This document shows positions 46,047 to 53,437 of a DNA stretch of 64,000 nucleotides, piece by piece. The DNA lies in the NCBI GenBank assembly GCA_050010675.1, contig JBEKKN010000001.1, forward strand, positions 7,465-71,464, read 5' to 3'. The DNA is from Verrucomicrobiota bacterium (GTDB taxonomy: Bacteria; Verrucomicrobiota; Verrucomicrobiia; Limisphaerales; UBA11358). The notes beneath the pieces were generated by a model. The model was not told the DNA's origin, did not search any database, and saw only the letters and a program-made list of their open reading frames with translations. Numbering within the stretch: position 1 is the stretch's first letter; every line of letters starts with the position of its first letter. The translations under genes and the position numbers were made by a program.

Positions 46047-49000
46047 ATGAATGCGCCACCTGCCGCCGCCCAGCCAAAGCCTCCCGAACCAAAACCGGGG
46101 GCATCCGCGGATTTGAAGCCCGATCCAAAGGACGATTTGAAAACGCTGCCGATGGCGGAGGTGGAGAAAAAATTAGAATCGTCGCCGGATGGTCTTACCG
46201 ATGCTGAAGCCAAGAAACGGCTCACGCAATATGGGCCGAATGAACTGGTCGAGAAGAAGACAAATCTTCTCCTGAAATTCCTCTTGTATTTTTGGGGGCC
46301 AATTCCGTGGATGATCGAGATCGCGGTGATTCTGTCGGGCGTGGTCCGGCACTGGCCGGATTTTTTCATCATCCTCCTGTTGCTGGTGACCAACGCGGTG
46401 GTTGCCTTCTGGGAGGAACGCCAGGCCGGCAATGAAATCGCCGCCTTGAAAGCCAAACTGGCCATCAAGGCCCGCGTTATCCGCGACGGCAAATGGATCA
46501 ATCCGGCGGCACGCGAACTGGTGCCGGGCGATGTCGTCCGGCTGCGGCTGGGCGACGTGGTGCCGGCCGACGCGCGTTTGCTGGCAGGCGACGAGGTGTC
46601 GGTGGATCAATCCGCGCTGACCGGCGAATCGTTGCCGGTGACACGCAAGTCCGGGGACGCCGTGTTTTCCGGTTCGATCATCCGGCGCGGCGAAATCGGC
46701 GCGCTGGTTTATGCGACGGGCGGGAATACCTATTTTGGCAAAACGGCACAATTGGTGCAGGAGGCATTAACCGTCAGTCATTTTCAAAAAGCGGTTTTGA
46801 AGATTGGTAATTATCTCATCATCCTCGCGGTGGCGCTGGTGGCGGTCATCATTGGTTTCGCCATCTATCGCGGCGACGCGATTCTCACCACGTTGCAGTT
46901 CGCCCTGGTGCTGACCGTGGCGGCGATTCCGGTCGCCATGCCCACGGTTTTGTCGGTGACGATGGCAGTCGGCGCACGGCTGCTCGCCAAGAAACAGGCA
47001 ATTGTCAGCCGGTTGGTGGCGATTGAGGAACTGGCGGGCGTGGACGTGTTGTGTGCCGACAAGACCGGCACGTTGACTCAAAACAAACTGACGCTGGGCG
47101 ACCCGTTCAGCGTCAACAATATCCCCGCCGGGCAAATCATCCTGACGGCGGCGCTGGCGTCGCGCGAGGAAAACAACGATACGATTGATCTGGCGGTTTT
47201 GGGCGGCCTGAAAAATAAAGACGCACTGAAAGAATATCAGGTCGTCCATTTCCTGCCATTTGATCCGGTGCATAAACGCACCGAGGCGACGGTCAAGGGC
47301 AAGGACGGAAAGACGTTCAAGGTGACAAAGGGCGCACCGCAAGTGGTTCTAGCTTTGTCGGCCAATGCTGGTGAAGTCAAAGCGGCAGCTGAAAAAGCGG
47401 TTAATGATTTCGCCGCCCGCGGTTTTCGTTCGTTAGGCGTGGCGCGGACCGAGGGCGACGGACCATGGCAATTTCTCGGCGTGTTGCCCATGTTCGATCC
47501 GCCGCGCGAGGATGCCAAGGCCACGATTGCGACTGCCCTGACCATGGGCGTGAAGATCAAAATGGTGACGGGCGATCAACTGGCGATTGCCAGGGAGACG
47601 GCGAAGACCTTGGACATGGGCACGAATATTCTTGATGCCAAAATGCTGGGCGACTCAAAAAAACACGAGTCAGCGGAGGTGATTGAGTCCATCGAGCAAG
47701 CGGACGGTTTTGCCGAGGTGTTTCCCGAACATAAATTTCACATCGTGGATGTCCTGCAAAAGCGCAACCACATCGTCGGCATGACGGGCGACGGCGTGAA
47801 TGACGCGCCGGCACTGAAGAAAGCGGACTGTGGTATCGCCGTTTCCAGCGCGACGGACGCGGCACGCGCGGCGGCCGCGATCGTGCTGCTCACGCCCGGC
47901 CTGTCGGTGATCATTGATGCCATCAAGGAAAGCCGGCGGATTTTCCAGCGAATGAACAGTTACGCGATTTATCGCATCGCCGAGACGCTGCGCGTGTTGT
48001 TGTTCATGACCCTGGCGATTCTGGTTTTTAATTTTTATCCCCTGACGGCGGTGATGATTGTGATGCTGGCGTTGCTTAACGATGGCGCGATTCTGTCCAT
48101 CGCCTATGACAATGTTCACTACAAAAACAAGCCTGAGTCGTGGAATATGCGCATGGTGCTGGGCGTCTCCACGGCGCTGGGAATCATCGGGGTCGTGTCC
48201 GCCTTTGGACTATTTTATCTCGGCGAGCGGGTCTTTCATCTCGACCGCGCACATATTCAGACGCTGATGTATTTGAAACTGTCCGTGGCGGGACATCTGA
48301 CCATTTTCCTCACCCGCACCCGTGGACCGTTCTGGTCCATCCGTCCGGCGAGGATTTTGATGATCGCGGTGTTTGGCACCCAGACCGTGGCGACCTTGAT
48401 CGCGGTTTACGGGCTTTTTATGACGCCGTTGGGCTGGGGTTGGGCGGGGTTTGTGTGGGGTTATGCCTTGCTGTGGTTCCTTGTGAACGATCGCATCAAA
48501 CTGCTCGCGTATCGGATTTTTGATCCGGTCAAAAAAACCGGGACGATTCCTGAAATCAAAGTTGCAACTCGGCCCGATGCCAAAAGTGACGCGAAAACTT
48601 CGGCCCAACCCGAAGATAAAACCGAACCGCAATCCGGCGCTAAAGAAGCGCAAAAGCCCGAGGTTAAGACGGACGCCAAGGCTGGGGCCGACCCAGATGC
48701 CAAAGTTGAACCCAAGTCGGAGGCGAAGGCCGAGCCGCAGCCTGATACCAAGCCCGACGCCAAAGCTGAGGTTGAAGCCAACCCCGTAGTCGAGCCGAAT
48801 CCGGAACCCAAAGCCAGGACAACTGCCGATTTGACGGCGCAGATCGCCACACGGGCGTATGAACTTTACGAGCAGCAGGACCATCGGGACGGTCAATCAG
48901 CACAGAACTGGGACAAGGCCGAACAGGAAATTCGCGCAACTCAAGCCAAAGCTGAAGCCAAACCAGCGGTCAAAGGTGATTTACAGCCGGGCACTAAAGC

Positions 49001-49448
49001 TCAATCGAATCCTGATGGTAATCCAAAACCTGCGGCCAAGGTTGAGCTGAAGCCGGCAGCAAAGTTTGAGCCAAAACCAGAAACCAAACCCGACGTTAAA
49101 TCTGAGACTCCCACCGAACCTAAACCTGCTGCCAAGACCGAGCCGGCGGCTGATGTCAAAGGTCCAGCCAAATCGGAAGCCACAGCCGTGCCGCCGCCAG
49201 CCGGCAACGCAGAGCCGAAACCGGACCCCAAAACCGACACCAAACCTACTGACAAAGTTGAGCCGAAGCCTGATGGCAAAGCGGAGACCAAACCTGACAC
49301 GAATGGGAAACCTGCGGCTGAGGTGTCACCGCAGCTTGTCATAAAAGTACATAAATTTTACGAGCAATTGGGGCGCGAGGATGTTCGTGCCGTTGAGGAA
49401 GCGGATCAGGCGAAGCAAAAGATTGCCGAAGCGGATACCACAAAATAA
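46047..49448 (+). CDS. plasma-membrane-type H+ P-type ATPase (type IIIA) fused to a long K/P/E-rich C-terminal tail with DUF2934-like units
   Basis: The core carries CADKTGTLTQNKLT, MVTGDQLAIA and GMTGDGVNDAPALKKADCGIAV. After about residue 830 comes a roughly 300-aa low-complexity tail that includes ATRAYELYEQQDHRDGQSAQNWDKAEQEI. Confidence 0.9.
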   Translation: MNAPPAAAQPKPPEPKPGASADLKPDPKDDLKTLPMAEVEKKLESSPDGLTDAEAKKRLTQYGPNELVEKKTNLLLKFLLYFWGPIPWMIEIAVILSGVVRHWPDFFIILLLLVTNAVVAFWEERQAGNEIAALKAKLAIKARVIRDGKWINPAARELVPGDVVRLRLGDVVPADARLLAGDEVSVDQSALTGESLPVTRKSGDAVFSGSIIRRGEIGALVYATGGNTYFGKTAQLVQEALTVSHFQKAVLKIGNYLIILAVALVAVIIGFAIYRGDAILTTLQFALVLTVAAIPVAMPTVLSVTMAVGARLLAKKQAIVSRLVAIEELAGVDVLCADKTGTLTQNKLTLGDPFSVNNIPAGQIILTAALASREENNDTIDLAVLGGLKNKDALKEYQVVHFLPFDPVHKRTEATVKGKDGKTFKVTKGAPQVVLALSANAGEVKAAAEKAVNDFAARGFRSLGVARTEGDGPWQFLGVLPMFDPPREDAKATIATALTMGVKIKMVTGDQLAIARETAKTLDMGTNILDAKMLGDSKKHESAEVIESIEQADGFAEVFPEHKFHIVDVLQKRNHIVGMTGDGVNDAPALKKADCGIAVSSATDAARAAAAIVLLTPGLSVIIDAIKESRRIFQRMNSYAIYRIAETLRVLLFMTLAILVFNFYPLTAVMIVMLALLNDGAILSIAYDNVHYKNKPESWNMRMVLGVSTALGIIGVVSAFGLFYLGERVFHLDRAHIQTLMYLKLSVAGHLTIFLTRTRGPFWSIRPARILMIAVFGTQTVATLIAVYGLFMTPLGWGWAGFVWGYALLWFLVNDRIKLLAYRIFDPVKKTGTIPEIKVATRPDAKSDAKTSAQPEDKTEPQSGAKEAQKPEVKTDAKAGADPDAKVEPKSEAKAEPQPDTKPDAKAEVEANPVVEPNPEPKARTTADLTAQIATRAYELYEQQDHRDGQSAQNWDKAEQEIRATQAKAEAKPAVKGDLQPGTKAQSNPDGNPKPAAKVELKPAAKFEPKPETKPDVKSETPTEPKPAAKTEPAADVKGPAKSEATAVPPPAGNAEPKPDPKTDTKPTDKVEPKPDGKAETKPDTNGKPAAEVSPQLVIKVHKFYEQLGREDVRAVEEADQAKQKIAEADTTK
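48530..49330 (+). repeat. degenerate coding tandem repeats (KP[DE]xKxE-type) within the ATPase tail
   Basis: Reiterated AAACC(T/C)GA and GCCAAAG(C/T)TGA-type DNA units encode PDAK, PEVK and KPAAK peptide repeats. Confidence 0.7.
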
Positions 49449-49463
49449 ACCGGGGCAAACCAT

Positions 49464-49780
49464 GTGGCTGACACGGCTGAACAAATAAAGATGAAAATCA
49501 AATCAAAGGATTTCCGGGTGCGTCCCGGAGCTATGGTGAAACTCAAACAGTGGCCGACGCGCGTGAAACCTGTTTGCAAGTCGAAGAAACACTATAAAAA
49601 GCTCCTGGAAGAACACGTTGAAGCATTGAGCGCGTTGCAACAACTGCACTACGCCTCCCACCGCTATGCGTTGCTGCTGATTTTTCAGGGGATGGACGCA
49701 GCCGGCAAGGACGGTGCCATCCGGCACGTCATGTCCGGGGTCAATCCGCAAGGCTGCGAGGTTTTCAGTTTCAAACATCA
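49464..49780 (+). pseudogene. ppk2: polyphosphate kinase 2 (PPK2) N-terminal remnant
   Basis: [36 protein letters not shown] matches the PPK2 P-loop region. Similarity ends at about 49778 and the remaining roughly 160 residues of a PPK2 are absent. Confidence 0.65.
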
Positions 49781-49840
49781 GAAGTCTTCCCGCATTGTCG
49801 TGCGGCATCCCGGAACGAAAGCGGTGTCGCCGCCACCGCA

Positions 49841-49910
49841 GTCCAAAACCTCGCGGAATGTTCCAATCCAGCTTCTGAGCCAGGCCACAGCTTTATTTAA
49901 AACGCTCTAA
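49841..49910 (-). repeat. ~70-nt repeat, copy A (inverted relative to copy B at 58315..58385)
   Basis: The reverse complement TTAGAGCGTTTTAAATAAAGCTGTGGCCTGGCT...CATTCCGCGAGGTTTTGG aligns at roughly 80% identity with copy B. It sits immediately 3' of the queG stop. Confidence 0.75.
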
Positions 49911-50962
49911 CCGGTATTTGGTGTTTGGCTTTTTGGCGGTCGCGATTTGATCCGGGCGATGGCCCAATGGGCGTGTTCGGCAATCAAGGGTTCGGGATCG
50001 TGGGCGGCTTTTTGCAGGTGGGGCAGGGCGGAGGGGTCGCCGACATTGCCGACTGCGACACAGACGTTCCGCAGCAGGCCGCGGCGTTTGGTTCGCAAAA
50101 CGGGCGTGCCGGCGAACCGGGATTTGAAACCGGCCTCGTCCAGTTGAAGTAATTCGAGCAAATCGAGTTCGGCCAACACCCGTCGCGCATGGGTTTTCAT
50201 CAAGCCGCCTTCATGGGCAAAGCGGTTCCAGGGGCACACGGCCAGGCAATCGTCGCAGCCAAAAATGCGGTTGCCGATGGCCGGGCGCAATTCGACCGGA
50301 ATGGAGCCTTTCAATTCGATGGTGAGGTAGGAAATGCAACGGCGCGCGTCAAGCTGGAAGGGCGCGGTGATGGCATGGGTGGGACAGGCCGAGAGACAGC
50401 GGGTGCATTTGCCGCAGTGATTTTGTTCCGGTGTGTCGGGCTCCAATTCCAGGGTGGTGATGATTTCGGCGAGCAGCAGCCAGTTGCCGAATTTCCGGCT
50501 GATGAGGTTGGTGTGTTTACCGACAAAACCGAGCCCGGCGCGTTGGGCCAGGTCGCGTTCCAGCAGCGGTCCGGTGTCCACGTACCACAGTGACCGTGTT
50601 TCCGCGCCGCCGAGCTGGTCCACAAAGGCGGTCAATTGTTTCAGACGCGCGCCGAGCACATCGTGGTAGTCGTTAAAGCGGGCATAGCGGGCGATGAGGC
50701 CGGAGTTCGGAATTCGGAATTCGGAGTTCGGAGTTGGAATGTCGTAACTCGTTGCCAGGCAAATGATGCTTTTTGCCGCCGGGAGCACGTGTTGTGGTTC
50801 AATGCGTTTCGGCGCGGTGCGCTCGAGCCACGCCATTTCGCCATGGCGTTTTTCCGCCAGCCATTCCTGAAACCGGTTTGCGCTCGCGGGCGCTTGGGCA
50901 TGGGTGAAACGGCAGTCGTCAAAGCCCAGCTCACGCGCCCGTTTTCGGATGGCGGTCTTCAT
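49907..50962 (-). CDS. queG: epoxyqueuosine reductase
   Basis: 4Fe-4S motifs [16 protein letters not shown] and [11 protein letters not shown], a cobalamin-domain N-terminus and a HEAT-like C-terminus. Confidence 0.9.
   Translation of the reverse strand: MKTAIRKRARELGFDDCRFTHAQAPASANRFQEWLAEKRHGEMAWLERTAPKRIEPQHVLPAAKSIICLATSYDIPTPNSEFRIPNSGLIARYARFNDYHDVLGARLKQLTAFVDQLGGAETRSLWYVDTGPLLERDLAQRAGLGFVGKHTNLISRKFGNWLLLAEIITTLELEPDTPEQNHCGKCTRCLSACPTHAITAPFQLDARRCISYLTIELKGSIPVELRPAIGNRIFGCDDCLAVCPWNRFAHEGGLMKTHARRVLAELDLLELLQLDEAGFKSRFAGTPVLRTKRRGLLRNVCVAVGNVGDPSALPHLQKAAHDPEPLIAEHAHWAIARIKSRPPKSQTPNTG
50702..50736. repeat. heptanucleotide tandem repeat, 5 units GGA(G/A)TT(C/G), inside queG
   Basis: GGAGTTC GGAATTC GGAATTC GGAGTTC GGAGTTG. 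It encodes [11 protein letters not shown] on the minus strand. Confidence 0.85.
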
Positions 50963-50974
50963 TCGCGACGGCAG

Positions 50975-51275
50975 TTTCGGCGGGGCGAGGCTGCGGACGA
51001 GCCGGAATTTGTATCATCATGCCGGTCCGGCTTGAAACCATCGGCTCGCGAGTATCGCCGCAGGGCGGGACAAGCTGCTCGCCCCACCAAAAAGTGCCAC
51101 CACCGGTAGTTCTTCCTTCCGTTTCTGGAAATCGTAGCAGCCGATATGAATCGGATCTGATCAGATGGAGCGGACTCACGTCCGCGGCTACGAGGAGATT
51201 GGCCCACCAGGAGAATCAAGTTTGCAACGGCTCGCCGGCAGCCTCGCCCCACCAACGACCGTCCCACCAACGTCC
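50975..51275. repeat. mosaic intergenic repeat cluster 1 (queG-aroK spacer)
   Basis: It shares these modules with clusters 2 and 3: GTATCGCCGCAGGGCGGGACAAGCTGC, CTCGCCCCACCAA, TTCTGGAAATC plus the 58-nt hairpin module, and GTTTGCAACGGCTCGCCGGCAGCCTCGCCCCACC. Confidence 0.85.
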
Positions 51276-51296
51276 CGGAGTGTGCCGCTGCGATTA

Positions 51297-51833
51297 TCAT
51301 TGCCCGGATTGCGCGAATTTGAAGTGATGCACGATTTGCTGCGCGACTTCGCGGGCGGAACGCAGGTCGGTGTTGATCAACACGTCGGCCTGGCGATAGA
51401 ACGGTTCGCGGGCGGCGAGGAGTTCGCGGATCTTCGATTGGGGGTTCGGGTCGCGCAACAGGGGCCGGTGGGTCTGGTTGCGGACCCGATCCCAGATTTT
51501 TTCCGGCGACGCCCAAAGGCAGACGACGAGGGCGTGGGTTTTGAGGCTGGTCAGGTTGTCGGGATTCGCGGGCAAACCGCCGCCGGTGGAAATGACCGTG
51601 CGTTTGCGGGCGGCCAGTTCATGGACCAACTGGTGTTCCAGTTTTCGGAACGCCGCCTCGCCATCGGCATCAAAAATGTCGGTGATGGTGCGGTTCGCGC
51701 GCGATTGGATCAATTCATCGGTGTCGAGGTAATCGAAGTGCAATTGTTCGGCCACGAGCCGTCCGACGGAGGACTTGCCGGTGCCCATGAAACCGATGAG
51801 CGCGAGGTTGACGGGAAGGCGCGAATTGTTCAC
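51297..51833 (-). CDS. aroK: shikimate kinase
   Basis: P-loop GFMGTGKSSVG, DTDELI and ISTGGG. The first in-frame ATG lies inside repeat DNA, so I propose the GTG at 51833 (VNNSRLPVNLALIGFMGTGKS), giving 178 aa. Confidence 0.8.
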   Translation of the reverse strand: MNNSRLPVNLALIGFMGTGKSSVGRLVAEQLHFDYLDTDELIQSRANRTITDIFDADGEAAFRKLEHQLVHELAARKRTVISTGGGLPANPDNLTSLKTHALVVCLWASPEKIWDRVRNQTHRPLLRDPNPQSKIRELLAAREPFYRQADVLINTDLRSAREVAQQIVHHFKFAQSGQ

Positions 51834-51867
51834 GGCGATGGGGTAACGGATTTTCGGGCGCGGCGCA

Positions 51868-52170
51868 CGCCGATAATTGGCGGGGCGGGCAGCTTGTCCC
51901 GCCCTGCGGCGATACCGGCGAGTGATCGTTGCGAAATTTTGACGCGCCAAGGCCGGCTCGCGAGGACGCTCGCCCCACCGGCAGAAACACGTTTGCAACG
52001 GCTCGTCGGCAGCCTTTCCCCACCAAAAGCATCACTACCGGCAGTTCTGCCTTCCATTTCTGGAAATCGTAGCAGCGGACGTGAGTCCGCTCCATCTCAT
52101 CGGAGCCGACTCACATCGGCTGCTACGAGGAGAGGCATGGTAGATTGCCCCACCAGGACAGCCGCTGCTC
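51868..52170. repeat. mosaic intergenic repeat cluster 2 (aroK-maf spacer)
   Basis: The same modules as cluster 1, some inverted. It contains a 44-nt segment (51937..51980) that is near-identical to 52818..52861. Confidence 0.85.
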
Positions 52171-52203
52171 GACAGCCTGGGCGGTTGGGCTTAGATTTTT
52201 CGC

Positions 52204-52770
52204 ATGAGTTTGCCGCCGCTGATTCTGGCTTCCGCGTCACCGCGGCGCGCGGAATTGTTGCGGCAGTTGAATCTGGATTTTCAGGTGGTTCCCAGCGACG
52301 CCACGGAAATGTTCGACGATCAATTGTCACCGCAGGAACTTTGCCAGCTGAACGCGCATCGCAAGGCGCGGGTTGTCGCCAAAAGGATTCCCGATGCCCT
52401 GGTGCTGGGCGCGGACACGCTGGTTTTTTCCGGTGGTGAAATCATGGGCAAACCCGCGGATTTGGCCGAGGCGCGGCGGATGCTGGCGCGCTTGCAGGGC
52501 CGGACACACCAGGTGGTCACCGGCGTCAGCCTGATTTGCCTGCGCGCGTATCGCGAGCGCACCTTTGCCGTGAGCACGGACGTGACGTTTCGCCCTCTGA
52601 CGGCCGAACAAATTGACGGTTACCTTTCCAAGATGAATCCGCTGGACAAGGCGGGCGCCTATGCGATCCAGGAGCACGGCGACACCATTGTCGCGGAAAC
52701 AGCCGGTTCATTCAGCAATGTGGTGGGATTGCCGATGGAGCAGTTGAAGGTGGAGTTAGCAGCGTGGTAG
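52204..52770 (+). CDS. maf: Maf-like nucleoside triphosphate pyrophosphatase
   Basis: LILASASPRRAELL, GADTLV and KAGAYAIQ. Confidence 0.9.
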   Translation: MSLPPLILASASPRRAELLRQLNLDFQVVPSDATEMFDDQLSPQELCQLNAHRKARVVAKRIPDALVLGADTLVFSGGEIMGKPADLAEARRMLARLQGRTHQVVTGVSLICLRAYRERTFAVSTDVTFRPLTAEQIDGYLSKMNPLDKAGAYAIQEHGDTIVAETAGSFSNVVGLPMEQLKVELAAW

Positions 52771-52774
52771 TGGT

Positions 52775-52862
52775 TCGGATTGGTGGGGCGAGGCTGCTGA
52801 CGAGTCGGCTCGCTACGTTTTGAGGCGCCAAGGCCGGCTCGCGAGGACGCTCGCCCCACCGA
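52775..52862. repeat. mosaic intergenic repeat cluster 3 (maf / anti-sigma convergent spacer)
   Basis: An inverted copy of the CAGCCTCGCCCCACC module, plus the 44-nt TTTTGAGGCGCCAAGGCCGGCTCGCGAGGACGCTCGCCCCACCG segment. Confidence 0.85.
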
Positions 52863-52867
52863 AAGTT

Positions 52868-53437
52868 TCAAAACGCTCCATTCGCCAGGATAAGTGTTGA
52901 GGCGGTATAGATTGGCATGGGCGGCAGCGCCCGACTGCCCTGTTGGGTCAGCAACGCGTCCAATTTGGCCAAAGACTGATTGGCGACCCTTTGGTAGTTG
53001 GCAAGGGTCGGTGCGAGATCATCGTCCGCGTCCGACGCGGATGCGGTTTGAACGGCGGGCTGTGGGGACGGAGAAGTCGCCGGTGGTTGCCGCCAAGTGG
53101 CGACGGTGACGCCAATCACCACCAACGCCGCGATGGCGGGCAACGCCACATGCCAGTTCAATCGGGCGAAATACGCGGCCAGCACTTCCGTGAGCGAATC
53201 CGGCTTCGTGGCCCGCAATCTGCCGGCCAGTCTTTGGTGGAAGGATTCGGAAGCCTGGATGCCGGGAATTGCCTCCGCCTCCGCCAGTCTTCCCGTCACT
53301 TTTGAAATATCGGCCAGATAACGGCGACAGACCTCGCAGGTGGCGAGATGTTCGCGGAGAGCCAGCGCCTGTCGGGCGTCCAACGCGTTCAGGGCCAGCC
53401 CGGCAATGAGTTTTTCGTTTTGGGCACAAGATTTCAT
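52868..53437 (-). CDS. anti-sigma factor (zf-HC2, single TM)
   Basis: N-terminal HLATCEVCRRYLADI zinc-finger-like motif, one TM segment (WHVALPAIAALVVIGVTVA), and a 4-nt overlap with the ECF sigma gene. Confidence 0.75.
   Translation of the reverse strand: MKSCAQNEKLIAGLALNALDARQALALREHLATCEVCRRYLADISKVTGRLAEAEAIPGIQASESFHQRLAGRLRATKPDSLTEVLAAYFARLNWHVALPAIAALVVIGVTVATWRQPPATSPSPQPAVQTASASDADDDLAPTLANYQRVANQSLAKLDALLTQQGSRALPPMPIYTASTLILANGAF

Noticed and set aside
51837-51848. CGATGGGGTAAC (minus strand GTTACCCCATCG) just upstream of aroK.
   Set aside because: Only the ACCCCAT half is present, with no GGGT partner at N3/4 and no hexamer at 22 nt. It is probably part of the aroK 5' region by chance.
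51165-52439. A 424-aa ORF on the plus strand (MERTHVRGYEEIGPPG...).
   Set aside because: It starts and ends in mosaic repeat DNA and runs antisense to aroK. Its N-terminal peptide recurs on the opposite strand (51715..52095) only because a repeat module is inverted.
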